DNA of 64,000 bases from a virus, in the IMG/VR virus record IMGVR_UViG_3300042562_002450, positions 134,627 through 198,626 of that record, one strand, 5' to 3'. A program made the position numbers and the translations under genes. A model generated the notes under the pieces. The model was not told where the DNA came from. It saw nothing but the letters and a program-made list of their open reading frames with translations, and made no database searches. Shown one piece after another: positions 27,809-38,309 of the stretch. How positions within the stretch are numbered: position 1 is the first letter of the stretch; each line of letters begins with the position of its first letter.

Positions 27809-30247
27809 TTAAGTATTAACCGTGGTAATTTGTTTTACTAACCATTTATCAGCAAATGGTTTACCCTTGTTTGTTTTTAGTAATGTATACGTTCTCTTAA
27901 TTTCTTTTGCCTTTAAGTCTTCAGAGAGATCAATTTTAATCTCAGCATCTTTAATGATTTGAGTATTTAAACTCTTTGAATCATCTGCGAGTACTGGACT
28001 GTCGACCTTTTCACTCTCAGATAATTTTGTAACTTTTGCTTTTTCAAGATCAGTTACCATATCCTTAAGTGAGTCCTCTGTTCTTTCTAAGTGTCTCTCG
28101 ACTTCTGATTGTCGATCTGAAACCTCAAAAAGTCCAGACTTAATTTTTGCATCTACAACTTTTTCTGCTAGATCTTTTTTTGAGTTATCTTTTACTTCTG
28201 TTAAAGAATTTAAAAGTTCCTCAATCTCGTCATTAGCTAAAAGAAGCTGCTGTTCTAAAACCCCAATTTCTTGCTCAACATCTGCTAGGAAAGGGGCTAT
28301 AATTGAATCAATTATTCCTCTTTCTGTTGCAAGTTGAACTAGCCTTGTGAGCTCTGCAACTAACGTTTCATCATTAAGTTCTATTTGATTATCACATTCA
28401 GTTTTTGTACTGTCAAAAATTTCAGTAGTTTCTACTGCATTATCTGCAACTAGAACCTCTTCTGAGCTATCTTCAACAACAATCTTAGAAGAAATTTTCT
28501 CGATATTCTCAAGAATCCTACCTCTAATTGAATCTGAAGCAACAGTCAAAGCAAGAACTTTTTTCGCTGCAACCACACATGCTTTATTGAGAATTGGGAA
28601 ATATTTACCAGAACCAGCACAATCTTTAGCAACAACAGAATCAAAAGAAACTTTAAACTCATCAGAAAGGTAATCATTCATTTTATGAACAACTTCTTCT
28701 TCAGAAGTTGCTGTTAGCTTAAATTTAGAATCCTTAGATTCTAAGTAAGAACGAACAGATTCTTCTACGGTTTTATCTTTTGTTTCGATCATTAAAGAAG
28801 CCAAGGCATCTTCATGCTGACTTCGTGCAATCAAAGAAGCGAGTTCAACTGCTTCCTTGGCGGTTAGGTTAACACCCTCAATTTTCTGGATTTCTACAAG
28901 AATAGAATCTTCAACTGATGCATCGTATTCAGCACCATCAACAAGTTTAGACCTGTTGTTAAGTACTTTTACTTTCTTCATTACAGCAACTTCATCTGTC
29001 AGAGTTTCAGTAACAATTTCAACTACAGGCTCTACAACAACTTCCTCAGTTGTTACCTTGTCGTTAATTACTGGAATCTGAGAAACAAAATAATCATGTA
29101 CTGCAGAATTCAATACATCACCTTCAATACCATCTTGAGAAGCTAAAGCGGCAGCTGCTTTTTTTGCCAACTCTTCTAACTGCTCTGACGAAAATGTTTC
29201 AGCATACTTCTTGAATTCCATAGAAGTAAATTCGCCATCCTCACCATACAGAAAGAGAGAAATACTGGCACCAATTTGGTCTGCAAATTTGCCCTTCTTC
29301 ATTTTCTCATTCTCCATTGTTTTGAGTGAGTCTTCAAGTCTTTGAATACTATCTTTTACTTCAATAAGATCGGTATTGGTTTCATCTGAGAGAGAGATTA
29401 ACTTACTATCCTGGTAAGAAAACAGATTGGCCGCAATCGAAAATTTATCAACAAAAGTATTATCCTTAACAAGAATAACTGAATCCAATTGTTCAACTTC
29501 ATCATTTCTAATAAGCTCTATGCCCTTAAAACCAGCAGCATATTGATCAGCAGGTTCGCTGACAATACCAACATGGTTGTAACTTTGCTTCCCAGGAATT
29601 AACACTACAGGAACTCCCGAGTCATAAACTTGGCCGCGCTCATGTTCGCATGGACCTTCTGATACCCAGTCTTGGCCACATTCAGAACAAAAAGCAGAAT
29701 CAGAACTCATAGAAATCGATACAGTTAAATAACGTTCATCTAAAATCTTTTGAATTGTTTCGGGATCAGTAATCTTCAATGTTCCATTGATATGTCCCAA
29801 TCCACGATAAGAGTCATTCCCACTATACTCACGAACAACATGCTGAACAAAATCAATCATGCCATTCTTTGGAGCTTCTTTCTTCTTATCAAGAAAATCC
29901 ATATGGGATTTTAAATACTTATCTTTAATTAATAGTGGGGCAGATGTGTCAATATAGTCAGCTTGTATAACTCTTCCTACTGGATCAGAGTCTGAATCAT
30001 GACCAACTAGTACTGGCTTTTTGTAGTGCTTCGTAAATGTAGAAGCACCTTTTTTCATGTTATCTGGCATGTAGAAACCGAGATTTCTAGTTACGATACC
30101 GGAATGTGTCATTTCAATTTGAGAGATTAGAGACTGACCACTAGGTGATGAGCTATCTTTTGTAGTAAGAAAATCCTTACCAGAAAGACTCTTTTTGATT
30201 GATGCCTCACCCGTAATGGCATCTATAAACTTTATCGTATTCTTCAT
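27809..30247 (-). CDS. Prohead protease fused to scaffold
   Basis: PVLVGHD...PVGRV (His), YLTVSISM (Ser), CSECG...CEH; long acidic helical C-terminal part. Confidence 0.8.
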   Translation of the reverse strand: MKNTIKFIDAITGEASIKKSLSGKDFLTTKDSSSPSGQSLISQIEMTHSGIVTRNLGFYMPDNMKKGASTFTKHYKKPVLVGHDSDSDPVGRVIQADYIDTSAPLLIKDKYLKSHMDFLDKKKEAPKNGMIDFVQHVVREYSGNDSYRGLGHINGTLKITDPETIQKILDERYLTVSISMSSDSAFCSECGQDWVSEGPCEHERGQVYDSGVPVVLIPGKQSYNHVGIVSEPADQYAAGFKGIELIRNDEVEQLDSVILVKDNTFVDKFSIAANLFSYQDSKLISLSDETNTDLIEVKDSIQRLEDSLKTMENEKMKKGKFADQIGASISLFLYGEDGEFTSMEFKKYAETFSSEQLEELAKKAAAALASQDGIEGDVLNSAVHDYFVSQIPVINDKVTTEEVVVEPVVEIVTETLTDEVAVMKKVKVLNNRSKLVDGAEYDASVEDSILVEIQKIEGVNLTAKEAVELASLIARSQHEDALASLMIETKDKTVEESVRSYLESKDSKFKLTATSEEEVVHKMNDYLSDEFKVSFDSVVAKDCAGSGKYFPILNKACVVAAKKVLALTVASDSIRGRILENIEKISSKIVVEDSSEEVLVADNAVETTEIFDSTKTECDNQIELNDETLVAELTRLVQLATERGIIDSIIAPFLADVEQEIGVLEQQLLLANDEIEELLNSLTEVKDNSKKDLAEKVVDAKIKSGLFEVSDRQSEVERHLERTEDSLKDMVTDLEKAKVTKLSESEKVDSPVLADDSKSLNTQIIKDAEIKIDLSEDLKAKEIKRTYTLLKTNKGKPFADKWLVKQITTVNT

Positions 30248-30302
30248 TAATTCACCTATTTTTTAATTATTATATGTAACTAGCGTTAATCTGTAAAATA
30301 TT

Positions 30303-32024
30303 TTAAATAATATCAAGGTATTTATCTAAATATTTACTAGATAGTTCCGCCTCCATTTTCGACTCTGATAGTCTTAATCTTTTAAGAATTCTTTGTCTAC
30401 AAGCCTCTTTATTCGCTTTGTAAGTAATAGATTCTCTACCATATCTCTTTTCAAAGAAATCTAAAGTTTTAGTTTCTCTTTCAATTAAAGAGTCTAGTCT
30501 AGACTTCTGTGGGCCAGTCTTTTTTCCATATTGATTTGTTGGAGAATTCTTATTCTTAGCAGAATTAGATGCTGCTTTAGCTTTACTTGTATTAGCAGAA
30601 GAACCTTGCTTAGCCGTAACTAAGTCCTGCTCATGACTCATTTCTGCAATATCAACATTGTTTGTATGTTCGGCTTCAAGAACTCTAAGAGTATGACGCT
30701 CTGTGTACATGTAGTCTTCTTGCCACTTCTCAAGAGGTTGCTTACCAACTATCTCTCTTGTCTCATTTAGATCAATAATATCAGAATTATAAAGAAGCTG
30801 CGCGTTGACATTCTTCTTCATTTGTTCTTCAATATCAATTTCTTTAAACTGTAGCTGAACAAAATTATCTTCTACTAATGGATCAAAGCTGAAATCAGCT
30901 TCTAGTAATAGTTCAGTTATAACTTCTTGATTAATGATTTCTTCAAGAACTGACTGGTAGTCTTTTACGGAATCAATTAATGACTTCGATAATGAATCTG
31001 CAGTTGATCTATTTGATGTGTCTCCATCTCCAATGTCAATTGAAGATATACCGAGTCCTGCAAGGACTCTATTCTTGAAATAACTAAGTACAGGTTGATA
31101 GTTAGGGATCTGACCGTTGGCTCCAATATACTCAATACTATGACGCTCAGGTGTTACTATACCACCCTCTGTTGGCATCGTTTGAATTAGTTGCCTAACA
31201 TAGTCAACTTCATCTATAACTTCACCATTAGGTAGTGTTACATTCCCTGCTGGCTTCTCTGGAGTTCCAACCTTATATTGAAATATAGGAAATAAAGTTT
31301 GATAGAAAAGTATTTCTACATTTTCCTCTAGTCTCCTAAGTGCTTGAATATCTGGGATAACTGGAACTATTTTAGGGGTGCCAAATGTAAAACCTGGTTT
31401 CACATCACATTTAAAATGAATAATATCTTCAGGTCTAAACTTTCTAACTTTATCGTTAGGAAGTCTTTGCTCATACTCGATTACTTTTCCGAATTCATCT
31501 TTTTTAATATAAACATTTTCTGCACCCATTGGGAAGTATCCAGCAATAGGTTTTGATCTTTGAACTCCACGAGATCCGCCAGAAATATTTTCTTTTCGAA
31601 CCTTAACCCAGAAGAAGTTAGACTTTGAGATTAGCTCTTTACCTGTCTGCCTAAGTAGGCTCCGCCAAGGAATACTACTAACGTATTCAATTTGACGAAT
31701 TCTATTTTTAACATATCTAATAGTATCTTCATTCTTTCCTGAAAAAACTTCTCCTTCTTTAAACATTAAGGAAGTCTTTTTTTGAAAAGCTTGTCGTACA
31801 TATGACTCACCATCTTCAATTAATGAAATCTCTACAAGATTATATTCAGATGGCCGAAAGATCTGCCGCATACCATATTGAGAAACAGGATCCTTAACAT
31901 TGGGAGCTTTCCCATTTGTTCGACCTAGTTTCACTACATTACTACTCTTCCCTAGCTCTTTCTGATTAGCAGGTTGAGACTTTTTCTTAGTGACTATTCT
32001 TTTTGCCATAAGTTTGCTGCCCAT
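30303..32024 (-). CDS. Portal protein
   Basis: 573 aa upstream of the protease; FRPEDIIHFK...FGTPKIVP and VLAGLGISSIDIG portal-type patterns. Confidence 0.85.
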   Translation of the reverse strand: MGSKLMAKRIVTKKKSQPANQKELGKSSNVVKLGRTNGKAPNVKDPVSQYGMRQIFRPSEYNLVEISLIEDGESYVRQAFQKKTSLMFKEGEVFSGKNEDTIRYVKNRIRQIEYVSSIPWRSLLRQTGKELISKSNFFWVKVRKENISGGSRGVQRSKPIAGYFPMGAENVYIKKDEFGKVIEYEQRLPNDKVRKFRPEDIIHFKCDVKPGFTFGTPKIVPVIPDIQALRRLEENVEILFYQTLFPIFQYKVGTPEKPAGNVTLPNGEVIDEVDYVRQLIQTMPTEGGIVTPERHSIEYIGANGQIPNYQPVLSYFKNRVLAGLGISSIDIGDGDTSNRSTADSLSKSLIDSVKDYQSVLEEIINQEVITELLLEADFSFDPLVEDNFVQLQFKEIDIEEQMKKNVNAQLLYNSDIIDLNETREIVGKQPLEKWQEDYMYTERHTLRVLEAEHTNNVDIAEMSHEQDLVTAKQGSSANTSKAKAASNSAKNKNSPTNQYGKKTGPQKSRLDSLIERETKTLDFFEKRYGRESITYKANKEACRQRILKRLRLSESKMEAELSSKYLDKYLDII

Positions 32025-34285
32025 TTTTTAACGGTATCAGATGAGCCAAAATCAATGGCTGATTTACTACAAAATTCATTGCTTATGATAGCATAGCTTG
32101 TTTTGAAATGTAAATCAAGGTCAGATCCCGCCCTAACCCCTGCATCTATTTCTATATTCTTAGAACTAATATCGCCTAAGTCTGGAATAATACCATCTTT
32201 ATTCATTTTGTGAACTTCATTTAAGTCATTAAAACTTACTGTTTTAACTATAGAATTAAGATTCACAGAACTGTCACCAAACATATCTTCACTAAGATTC
32301 ATGTCACCATAGTCAACACCAGAGACATTTACTTTAGCTCCAGAAGGAACAATTACAATTAATGGCTGACCATCTGCGTCGGTAGCTTCAAGAAAGTCAA
32401 ATGGCATGCCACTTTGATTCTCTGCAGCCTTTATTCCTTTAACTGCTTCTGATAATGCTTTTCCTGGACCTTTTTTACAAAACTTTTTGAAATTAAGAAG
32501 TCCACCTTTACTTAATTTTTGAACTGCATTAACCATTGAGATTAATCGCATGAACTTCTGAATCATCCTTGTGAATTCAATCTGATCTGACTGATTAGAC
32601 ATTCGACCAAGCATGATCCTCATAAATTCTTCTCTATATATATCTATAGATTGCTTCACAATACCGATACCATCATTTATTGCTTCGGTTAGATCTGTAA
32701 TTATACTTTTCTGGGCTCTCTCTAAATTGTCAATAGCAGCAGTTGCATTAGATGTTAATGTTTGATTAGCTAATGAATTCTGTAATGTATTTGATTTATT
32801 AAAATCAGAAGGTCCCTTTGGTGTCATTCTGCCAAGTAATCCCTTTCGATCTTTGTCAATAGCTGCAAGCTCTCTATCGATTACTGCTATCTCTTTATCA
32901 AAAGTACGAGCTCCTACTTTTTCCTGAAAAGCTTTATTTTGTTTCTTGTCTAAAACTTGACCTTCTTTGAAATCTTTATTATTTCTATAATTTAAAAAAT
33001 CAAGATTTGGAGTTAGTGAAATGCCATCTCTTACAAGTTTGGTTTTGATTACTCTTTCTTCTCTATCTGAAGGAAATAATCGTTTTGATCTATCTGCATT
33101 AACCAATGGTTTTGCATTTGAGTTGAGCGGATCCCTAGAAACTCTTCCAGTTCCTTCTTTATTTTCTATTTCGAAACTTCTCTTTCTATCTAGTTCAACT
33201 TTTCTAAGTCTTAATGCTTTTGCTTTTGATTCTAAGAAATTAACTTTATCTCTATTGAATTTATCTCGATTCATATCTGCAATATTAATTGCACCATTTA
33301 TTTGTTTCTGTAGATTCGTGATCTGAAATTCAAGAGCTCTAACAATACATTTTAATGGACCAATAATTAGGTCTGCATACTTATCTAGATTACTAGTAAG
33401 ACTGCCAATAACAGGTGCCAAGAAAGGACTAAGTAGCTGATTCAATATATTATCAAGACTACTCAATCCAAGATCAAAATACTTAAGCTGCATTAGACTA
33501 AGCAATGACAACAATCCAGTAATATCTGGAATACACTGGCCATCAAGAAATTTAAAAAGATTACAGAAGTCTTTCCCGAATTCATCTAACTTTCCACTAA
33601 ATAAACTACGAAGCATATCGAGAAGCTCTTTCCATTTCTTCTTCATATCTGCAGCCATGTTTAACCAAGGCAGGCCAAACTCAGCAGTAAAACTAACTCT
33701 AAATTCACAAGGAATACATCCTTTTAATAACTGAGAAACAGCCTTGTCGCTTTTAAAGTTATCAAGATAGTTTCCTTTTTCTAATACAGAACGAGAGCCA
33801 GCAGCAGGAGTATCTGCAAGAACTCTTTGATTGAGACTATTTAATTCAACTTCAGATATAGCTGTAAGTTCAGCTTGTTTTTGTGCTACTGACTTACTAG
33901 CCTCAAATTTATTTCCCATAACTATAGACTTATAGGGATTTGCAAGATCAACATTACGTATTAATTTATCCCCATATTGATTCTCAGCAAAAGCTTGAGT
34001 ATATCTACTAAGAATAGATTCGCCTTCTTTCTTTCCTTGTTCTTCTGCTTTCTTTGCAATAAAGTTAACACCTCTCATGGAGTTTTTTAATGTAGTTATT
34101 CCATTTTTAGCTATATGTGATTGAAGTGCAGTAGTGGTGCTAACTGCATCTGTCTTATATCCATAGGCTTGATATTTAGATAAAAGGATACTGGCATATC
34201 CTCTTTGTTCAGTTAATTCTGATGTCTTAAAATTTGAAGATAAGGTTCTTGCTCTTTCTAGTAAATCCTGGTTAGCTGTTGTCAT
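31994..34285 (-). CDS. Large hypothetical (probable virion/baseplate) protein
   Basis: 763-aa ORF in the structural operon; no motif recognised. Confidence 0.5.
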   Translation of the reverse strand: MTTANQDLLERARTLSSNFKTSELTEQRGYASILLSKYQAYGYKTDAVSTTTALQSHIAKNGITTLKNSMRGVNFIAKKAEEQGKKEGESILSRYTQAFAENQYGDKLIRNVDLANPYKSIVMGNKFEASKSVAQKQAELTAISEVELNSLNQRVLADTPAAGSRSVLEKGNYLDNFKSDKAVSQLLKGCIPCEFRVSFTAEFGLPWLNMAADMKKKWKELLDMLRSLFSGKLDEFGKDFCNLFKFLDGQCIPDITGLLSLLSLMQLKYFDLGLSSLDNILNQLLSPFLAPVIGSLTSNLDKYADLIIGPLKCIVRALEFQITNLQKQINGAINIADMNRDKFNRDKVNFLESKAKALRLRKVELDRKRSFEIENKEGTGRVSRDPLNSNAKPLVNADRSKRLFPSDREERVIKTKLVRDGISLTPNLDFLNYRNNKDFKEGQVLDKKQNKAFQEKVGARTFDKEIAVIDRELAAIDKDRKGLLGRMTPKGPSDFNKSNTLQNSLANQTLTSNATAAIDNLERAQKSIITDLTEAINDGIGIVKQSIDIYREEFMRIMLGRMSNQSDQIEFTRMIQKFMRLISMVNAVQKLSKGGLLNFKKFCKKGPGKALSEAVKGIKAAENQSGMPFDFLEATDADGQPLIVIVPSGAKVNVSGVDYGDMNLSEDMFGDSSVNLNSIVKTVSFNDLNEVHKMNKDGIIPDLGDISSKNIEIDAGVRAGSDLDLHFKTSYAIISNEFCSKSAIDFGSSDTVKKWAANLWQKE

Positions 34286-34753
34286 TTAAACGACTCCAAT
34301 ATCAAGTTTAATTTTAGTGTTAGCTAAGGCTTGATCTGCAGAGTAAACAGGAGACAATGGAGCAAGAGCTGGCCCTTGAGCTTGAAGTGTTGCATCTGCT
34401 CTTTCCATTCCAACCCTAACAGGTACAACCAAAGTAGCTGGAGGTGGAGGAGTAACGATTGGAGGTGCAGTAATTATTCCTGGGCCTGTAGGTATTGCAC
34501 CACTTGGTGCCTGTGGAGCTATGTGATTATGTCCAACAATTGCAGCCTGCAAAGCAGTAACTGCAGCGGCAATCGAACTATTTGCATTTGCTTCTACAGT
34601 AGTAATCCTAGCGTTCATTTCATTAACCATCTGAGTATAGTCTTCTATGTGTATGAATTCATATTTTAAAAAAAGAGTATGAATCGTTCTATAGAGCTTC
34701 ATCCATCTTTCTGAGATCGTTATATTTGAAGCTAAAATATTAGGCAACGCCAT
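34286..34753 (-). CDS. Possible baseplate spike-type protein
   Basis: Coiled segment followed by GHNH (HxH metal-binding motif as in spike tips) and a Pro-rich tail. Confidence 0.35.
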   Translation of the reverse strand: MALPNILASNITISERWMKLYRTIHTLFLKYEFIHIEDYTQMVNEMNARITTVEANANSSIAAAVTALQAAIVGHNHIAPQAPSGAIPTGPGIITAPPIVTPPPPATLVVPVRVGMERADATLQAQGPALAPLSPVYSADQALANTKIKLDIGVV

Positions 34754-35213
34754 CTAGTATTCCATTATTGTTAGTCATTCTTTCTTGTAGTTCTCTATTC
34801 AGAATCTCTTCATAATCACGTATTGTTTTATATTTAGAATATGTAATAACTCCAGAAGCTGTTCCGAAGATTGATCTTTCTGCATTTGCAATAAGTTCAT
34901 TTTCTGAATCATCAGGATCATAAGTGAATACAATCTTATCCATAGCCTCTTCTGCTTTTTTTGAAAGATCATCAAAGTCTTCAATCAAAGAATCTAGCTC
35001 AGCGATAGAAGAATCCATAAGGGATAAGATTTCCATATCACTAGGTTCTGCATTCTGAAAAGAAGAGAACTGAGGTGCATTTGTTTTAAGTGATTCATAC
35101 TTTAACTTAGTTGTCTGATTGATCTTTGAAAGATCCTCAGTAGATAAGTTCTTAGTAACATAAGGTCTAATGATGCTAATCTTAACATCAAAGGATTGAG
35201 CAACTGAACTCAT
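34740..35213 (-). CDS. Hypothetical protein
   Basis: ORF in operon. Confidence 0.6.
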   Translation of the reverse strand: MSSVAQSFDVKISIIRPYVTKNLSTEDLSKINQTTKLKYESLKTNAPQFSSFQNAEPSDMEILSLMDSSIAELDSLIEDFDDLSKKAEEAMDKIVFTYDPDDSENELIANAERSIFGTASGVITYSKYKTIRDYEEILNRELQERMTNNNGILDGVA

Positions 35214-35215
35214 GA

Positions 35216-35680
35216 TTATCCTCCGATTGGATTTTCTTCAGCTGTTAACTGAATACTTACATCTCTAAGAGCTCCAATCCTTGCACCTGGAGGAATAGTA
35301 ACTTGAATCCAAAGAGGCTTATAAGAAGTATCTCCGAGATTTGTTGTCCCCACATTTGTAATAATAGCAACATCTCCAGATTGAGTTGAAGCCCATTCAG
35401 AACGAGAAGGTTGAGCATCTTTAACGATAACCTTATAACCAATATAAGCTTCTGGATAATTAACATCTCCAAGCCTAACTTTAGTTGCAGGAACAGGAGT
35501 TAACCTAATATCGGTATAGTAGAAGTCAGCATTGTTATTTTTTAGAAATAATTGTTTTTCTACAGTCTCTCCGTTCGTACCATTATGAGTAGTCTGGATT
35601 GGTCTGCTCTGCATACCATCTTGAGATATTTCTAAGTATTGATTATTATCTTTGTCGTATTCGAAAATACTTAAGCTCAT
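35216..35680 (-). CDS. Hypothetical beta-rich virion protein
   Basis: First ORF after the promoter motifs at 35698-35744. Confidence 0.55.
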   Translation of the reverse strand: MSLSIFEYDKDNNQYLEISQDGMQSRPIQTTHNGTNGETVEKQLFLKNNNADFYYTDIRLTPVPATKVRLGDVNYPEAYIGYKVIVKDAQPSRSEWASTQSGDVAIITNVGTTNLGDTSYKPLWIQVTIPPGARIGALRDVSIQLTAEENPIGG

Positions 35681-35697
35681 TGGGTTCCCTTTTAATG

Positions 35698-35711
35698 TTA
35701 TAAAGTATATC
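35698..35711 (-). promoter_or_regulatory. Candidate late promoter GATATACTTTATAA
   Basis: Identical 14-mer at 40598-40611; both end 18 nt upstream of an ATG. Confidence 0.55.
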
Positions 35712-35715
35712 TAGG

Positions 35716-35744
35716 ATTTTAAACTTGGTAGGTACTGATGTCAA
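35716..35744 (-). promoter_or_regulatory. Sigma70-type promoter TTGACA-N17-TAAAAT
   Basis: Near-consensus -35 (35739-35744) and -10 (35716-35721) with a 17-nt spacer. Confidence 0.55.
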
Positions 35745-35805
35745 CGGAAATATAAAAGGGCACACAAAGGAAAAAAGGAGTAAACCCTTATGTGCCCAAA
35801 CACAC

Positions 35806-37809
35806 CTAGATAATTGATCTAGATATTCTTCTGGAGTTTCTAGCTGTTTTAATTGAATCTCTTGCATTCCTTCTTATGTCACGTCTGTCATCATTATTGA
35901 AAGCTTCTTTCGAATAAATACGACCTGAGTTTGTTCCATAAATCGGATTATTTAAAAATGATACTCCGTTCCTTACACTATTACTAGTAATATCTGAACG
36001 AGTTTCTGGTCTTTGTATTGATCTTCCACCAATAGATGGCTCTGCTATATTCCCAGAACCTTGCCCAAAAGATCCGCTAACAGCAACACTACTTGAGAAA
36101 TGCTGTTTAGTGTACTCACCTAGTTCAATTTCTAAGCCAACTACTGCTAACATAAAAGCATCAAGATCATGATCTCCAGCTGGGCCAGCTTGATATATTG
36201 CCATCCCAGAAGCATTAACTCTTGCTATGCTGTAACCATGCAATTGCTTAAGTAGGACTTCATCTTCAGATGAAAAGTTAATCATTCCTCTTTCAAAAAA
36301 CCGAACATTACTTTCAATGATAAATGGTTTCATATGCATTTTCTGAGGTAATCCAGTTACTGGATCAAATACATCTAACTTAGAACTTGAGTTTATACCT
36401 TTAGTGTTTATGAAATTCATATCTAAATGAGCGAATTGATCTTTTCTCATTTGGGCATCTTGACCGATCTTACGAAGGAGCTCAATCTGAGTTGCACCAT
36501 AACCAGTGTCGACATAGATATATGTACAGTTCCAAATACGATTCATTTCTAATGCTTTCTGAACTGCAGCAGTCTGAACCCATCCTGCTTTTTGAACAGT
36601 GGCAGATGCCACACATCTAATACGCCCATCACCTGGACTATATTCTACTATTCGGATTTTTGTCCCATTTTCCGCATCATTCCAGTCGATACCCATTGAA
36701 TATATATAGTCACGATTATAAACCATATCTTCATACTTATAAGAAACCATAGCAGTTTCCAACAAGCCAAACTGAAAAACTGATGTAGCTGCTTCTCCAA
36801 ACTCTGCAAGAATTTCATGTTGCCATCCAATTTCTGTACGATAGGATGCTCGAAGTTCTGCTTCCATCTTTGGACCCCAAGAAGGATTAGACAAAGAAGA
36901 ATAAAAGAACTCTTTAAAATCCATACGTTGAGTACAAAAATCATAAAAGTATTCTCTACGACCTGATGGCGTAGAAGCTGCAATCATCTCTACATCATTA
37001 TGCTCCATTAAGAGAGCGATAACAGTATCGATATCTTCCTGCTTTAAATAGTCCATCTCATCCATCATAATAAAATCAGCAGGCTGACCTCGGACAGAAG
37101 ATGCACCAGATGAACCAGCAGAAAATCCAGAAATAATCATTCCAGACTTTAATGTAACTTTGTAATAAGGTGTAGCAACAAATGATTCAACCTCAGAGGC
37201 AAGCTCTGGATTCATATCAAACATACGCTTCATACGAGCAAAGAAATCTTTTACCTGTGATAAATAAGGAGCAAGGAATAGAATAGATCCAAACCCTTTA
37301 ACCCATTCATTACGGTGAGCATCCCATCTTTGTTCTTTTGGGGAATTATTAAATAAACGAAATAATGCCCAGATCAACATAACTTCAGACTTACCTAATC
37401 GACGACCACAACGTAAAACTTTGCGCTTACTGGAACATCTTAAGATATTAGATTGATACTCAATCTGCTTATTCGATTTACGGGGTCTCCAACCAAAGTA
37501 CTTTTCAGCCCAAGTAACCGCATCGTAAACTGCAGTTAAATCATATAATTCGCCGTCAGAAATCTTCTCTCCAGACTCTTTCTCAATTCTTTCTAATAGA
37601 TAATCTTGTCGAGGGATATATTTATTCTCATCAGGGATACCTTTGCAATCAATAATGAAGTCGCCCTTTTTATATAAAGGCAAACCAGTTTCATTATTAA
37701 CGGGGCCATCTATAATGGCTACCCTACTATTAACACAATCAAGACAAAATTGGGTAAGCTTCTTACCTTCTTTTGCCAGCGTGACTGAGGGATGCGGGAC
37801 AAAACTCAT
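35806..37809 (-). CDS. terL: Terminase large subunit
   Basis: Walker A GRRLGKS, Walker B MMDEMD, STPSG motif, RNase H-like GIDWN / YVDTGYG / DHDLDA. Confidence 0.95.
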   Translation of the reverse strand: MSFVPHPSVTLAKEGKKLTQFCLDCVNSRVAIIDGPVNNETGLPLYKKGDFIIDCKGIPDENKYIPRQDYLLERIEKESGEKISDGELYDLTAVYDAVTWAEKYFGWRPRKSNKQIEYQSNILRCSSKRKVLRCGRRLGKSEVMLIWALFRLFNNSPKEQRWDAHRNEWVKGFGSILFLAPYLSQVKDFFARMKRMFDMNPELASEVESFVATPYYKVTLKSGMIISGFSAGSSGASSVRGQPADFIMMDEMDYLKQEDIDTVIALLMEHNDVEMIAASTPSGRREYFYDFCTQRMDFKEFFYSSLSNPSWGPKMEAELRASYRTEIGWQHEILAEFGEAATSVFQFGLLETAMVSYKYEDMVYNRDYIYSMGIDWNDAENGTKIRIVEYSPGDGRIRCVASATVQKAGWVQTAAVQKALEMNRIWNCTYIYVDTGYGATQIELLRKIGQDAQMRKDQFAHLDMNFINTKGINSSSKLDVFDPVTGLPQKMHMKPFIIESNVRFFERGMINFSSEDEVLLKQLHGYSIARVNASGMAIYQAGPAGDHDLDAFMLAVVGLEIELGEYTKQHFSSSVAVSGSFGQGSGNIAEPSIGGRSIQRPETRSDITSNSVRNGVSFLNNPIYGTNSGRIYSKEAFNNDDRRDIRRNARDSIKTARNSRRISRSII

Positions 37810-37838
37810 TCTTTACCTCGCGTTTTTCTCGCGATTTT

Positions 37839-37852
37839 TTGTATAGTATATC
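37839..37852 (-). promoter_or_regulatory. Candidate late promoter variant GATATACTATACAA
   Basis: Two mismatches to the 14-mer; upstream of terL. Confidence 0.4.
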
Positions 37853-37858
37853 ACATAA

Positions 37859-38308
37859 TTATAGAACTCTTACTAAAGATTTCCTATTCTTAACTAGTCT
37901 AACTATACGCTTTTTTTTCTTTTTTCTATTCCCAATTAAACGACGCTTCGCGGATTTCTTACTTATATTACGAGCTCGCTTACTAATCTTCGGATTCTCC
38001 GTATTAGCATAAGCAATAGCCTCAAATAAATCGATAAAATCTTTGCTGCCTTTCTTGTGAATGTACTTATGATGATATTCACATAGCGCAATACCATTTG
38101 TCAATTTGAATATCCATTCTGGATGATACCATTTCATATGAATGTGATGTGCATTTAGTTTGCCCTGAGGCCATTTACAATCAGGAAACTGGCATGAATG
38201 CCCGTCTCTCTTAAATATTTTACCACGCCATCTTTTATATCTAATATCTTCATATATGGAATTATCCTCAATTAACTCTCGGATAAGTTCCTTATCAATT
38301 TCTTTCAT
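37859..38308 (-). CDS. HNH endonuclease (terminase-adjacent)
   Basis: RDGHSCQFPDC...LNAHHI...NGIALCEYHHKYIH; start moved to ATG 38308 to avoid overlap with the upstream gene. Confidence 0.9.
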   Translation of the reverse strand: MKEIDKELIRELIEDNSIYEDIRYKRWRGKIFKRDGHSCQFPDCKWPQGKLNAHHIHMKWYHPEWIFKLTNGIALCEYHHKYIHKKGSKDFIDLFEAIAYANTENPKISKRARNISKKSAKRRLIGNRKKKKKRIVRLVKNRKSLVRVL

Positions 38309-38309
38309 T

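Noticed and set aside
35806-37809. Intein or intron in TerL (also checked MCP and both RNAPs)
   Set aside because: Motifs are contiguous at expected spacing; no intein C...HN junction or LAGLIDADG motif was seen.
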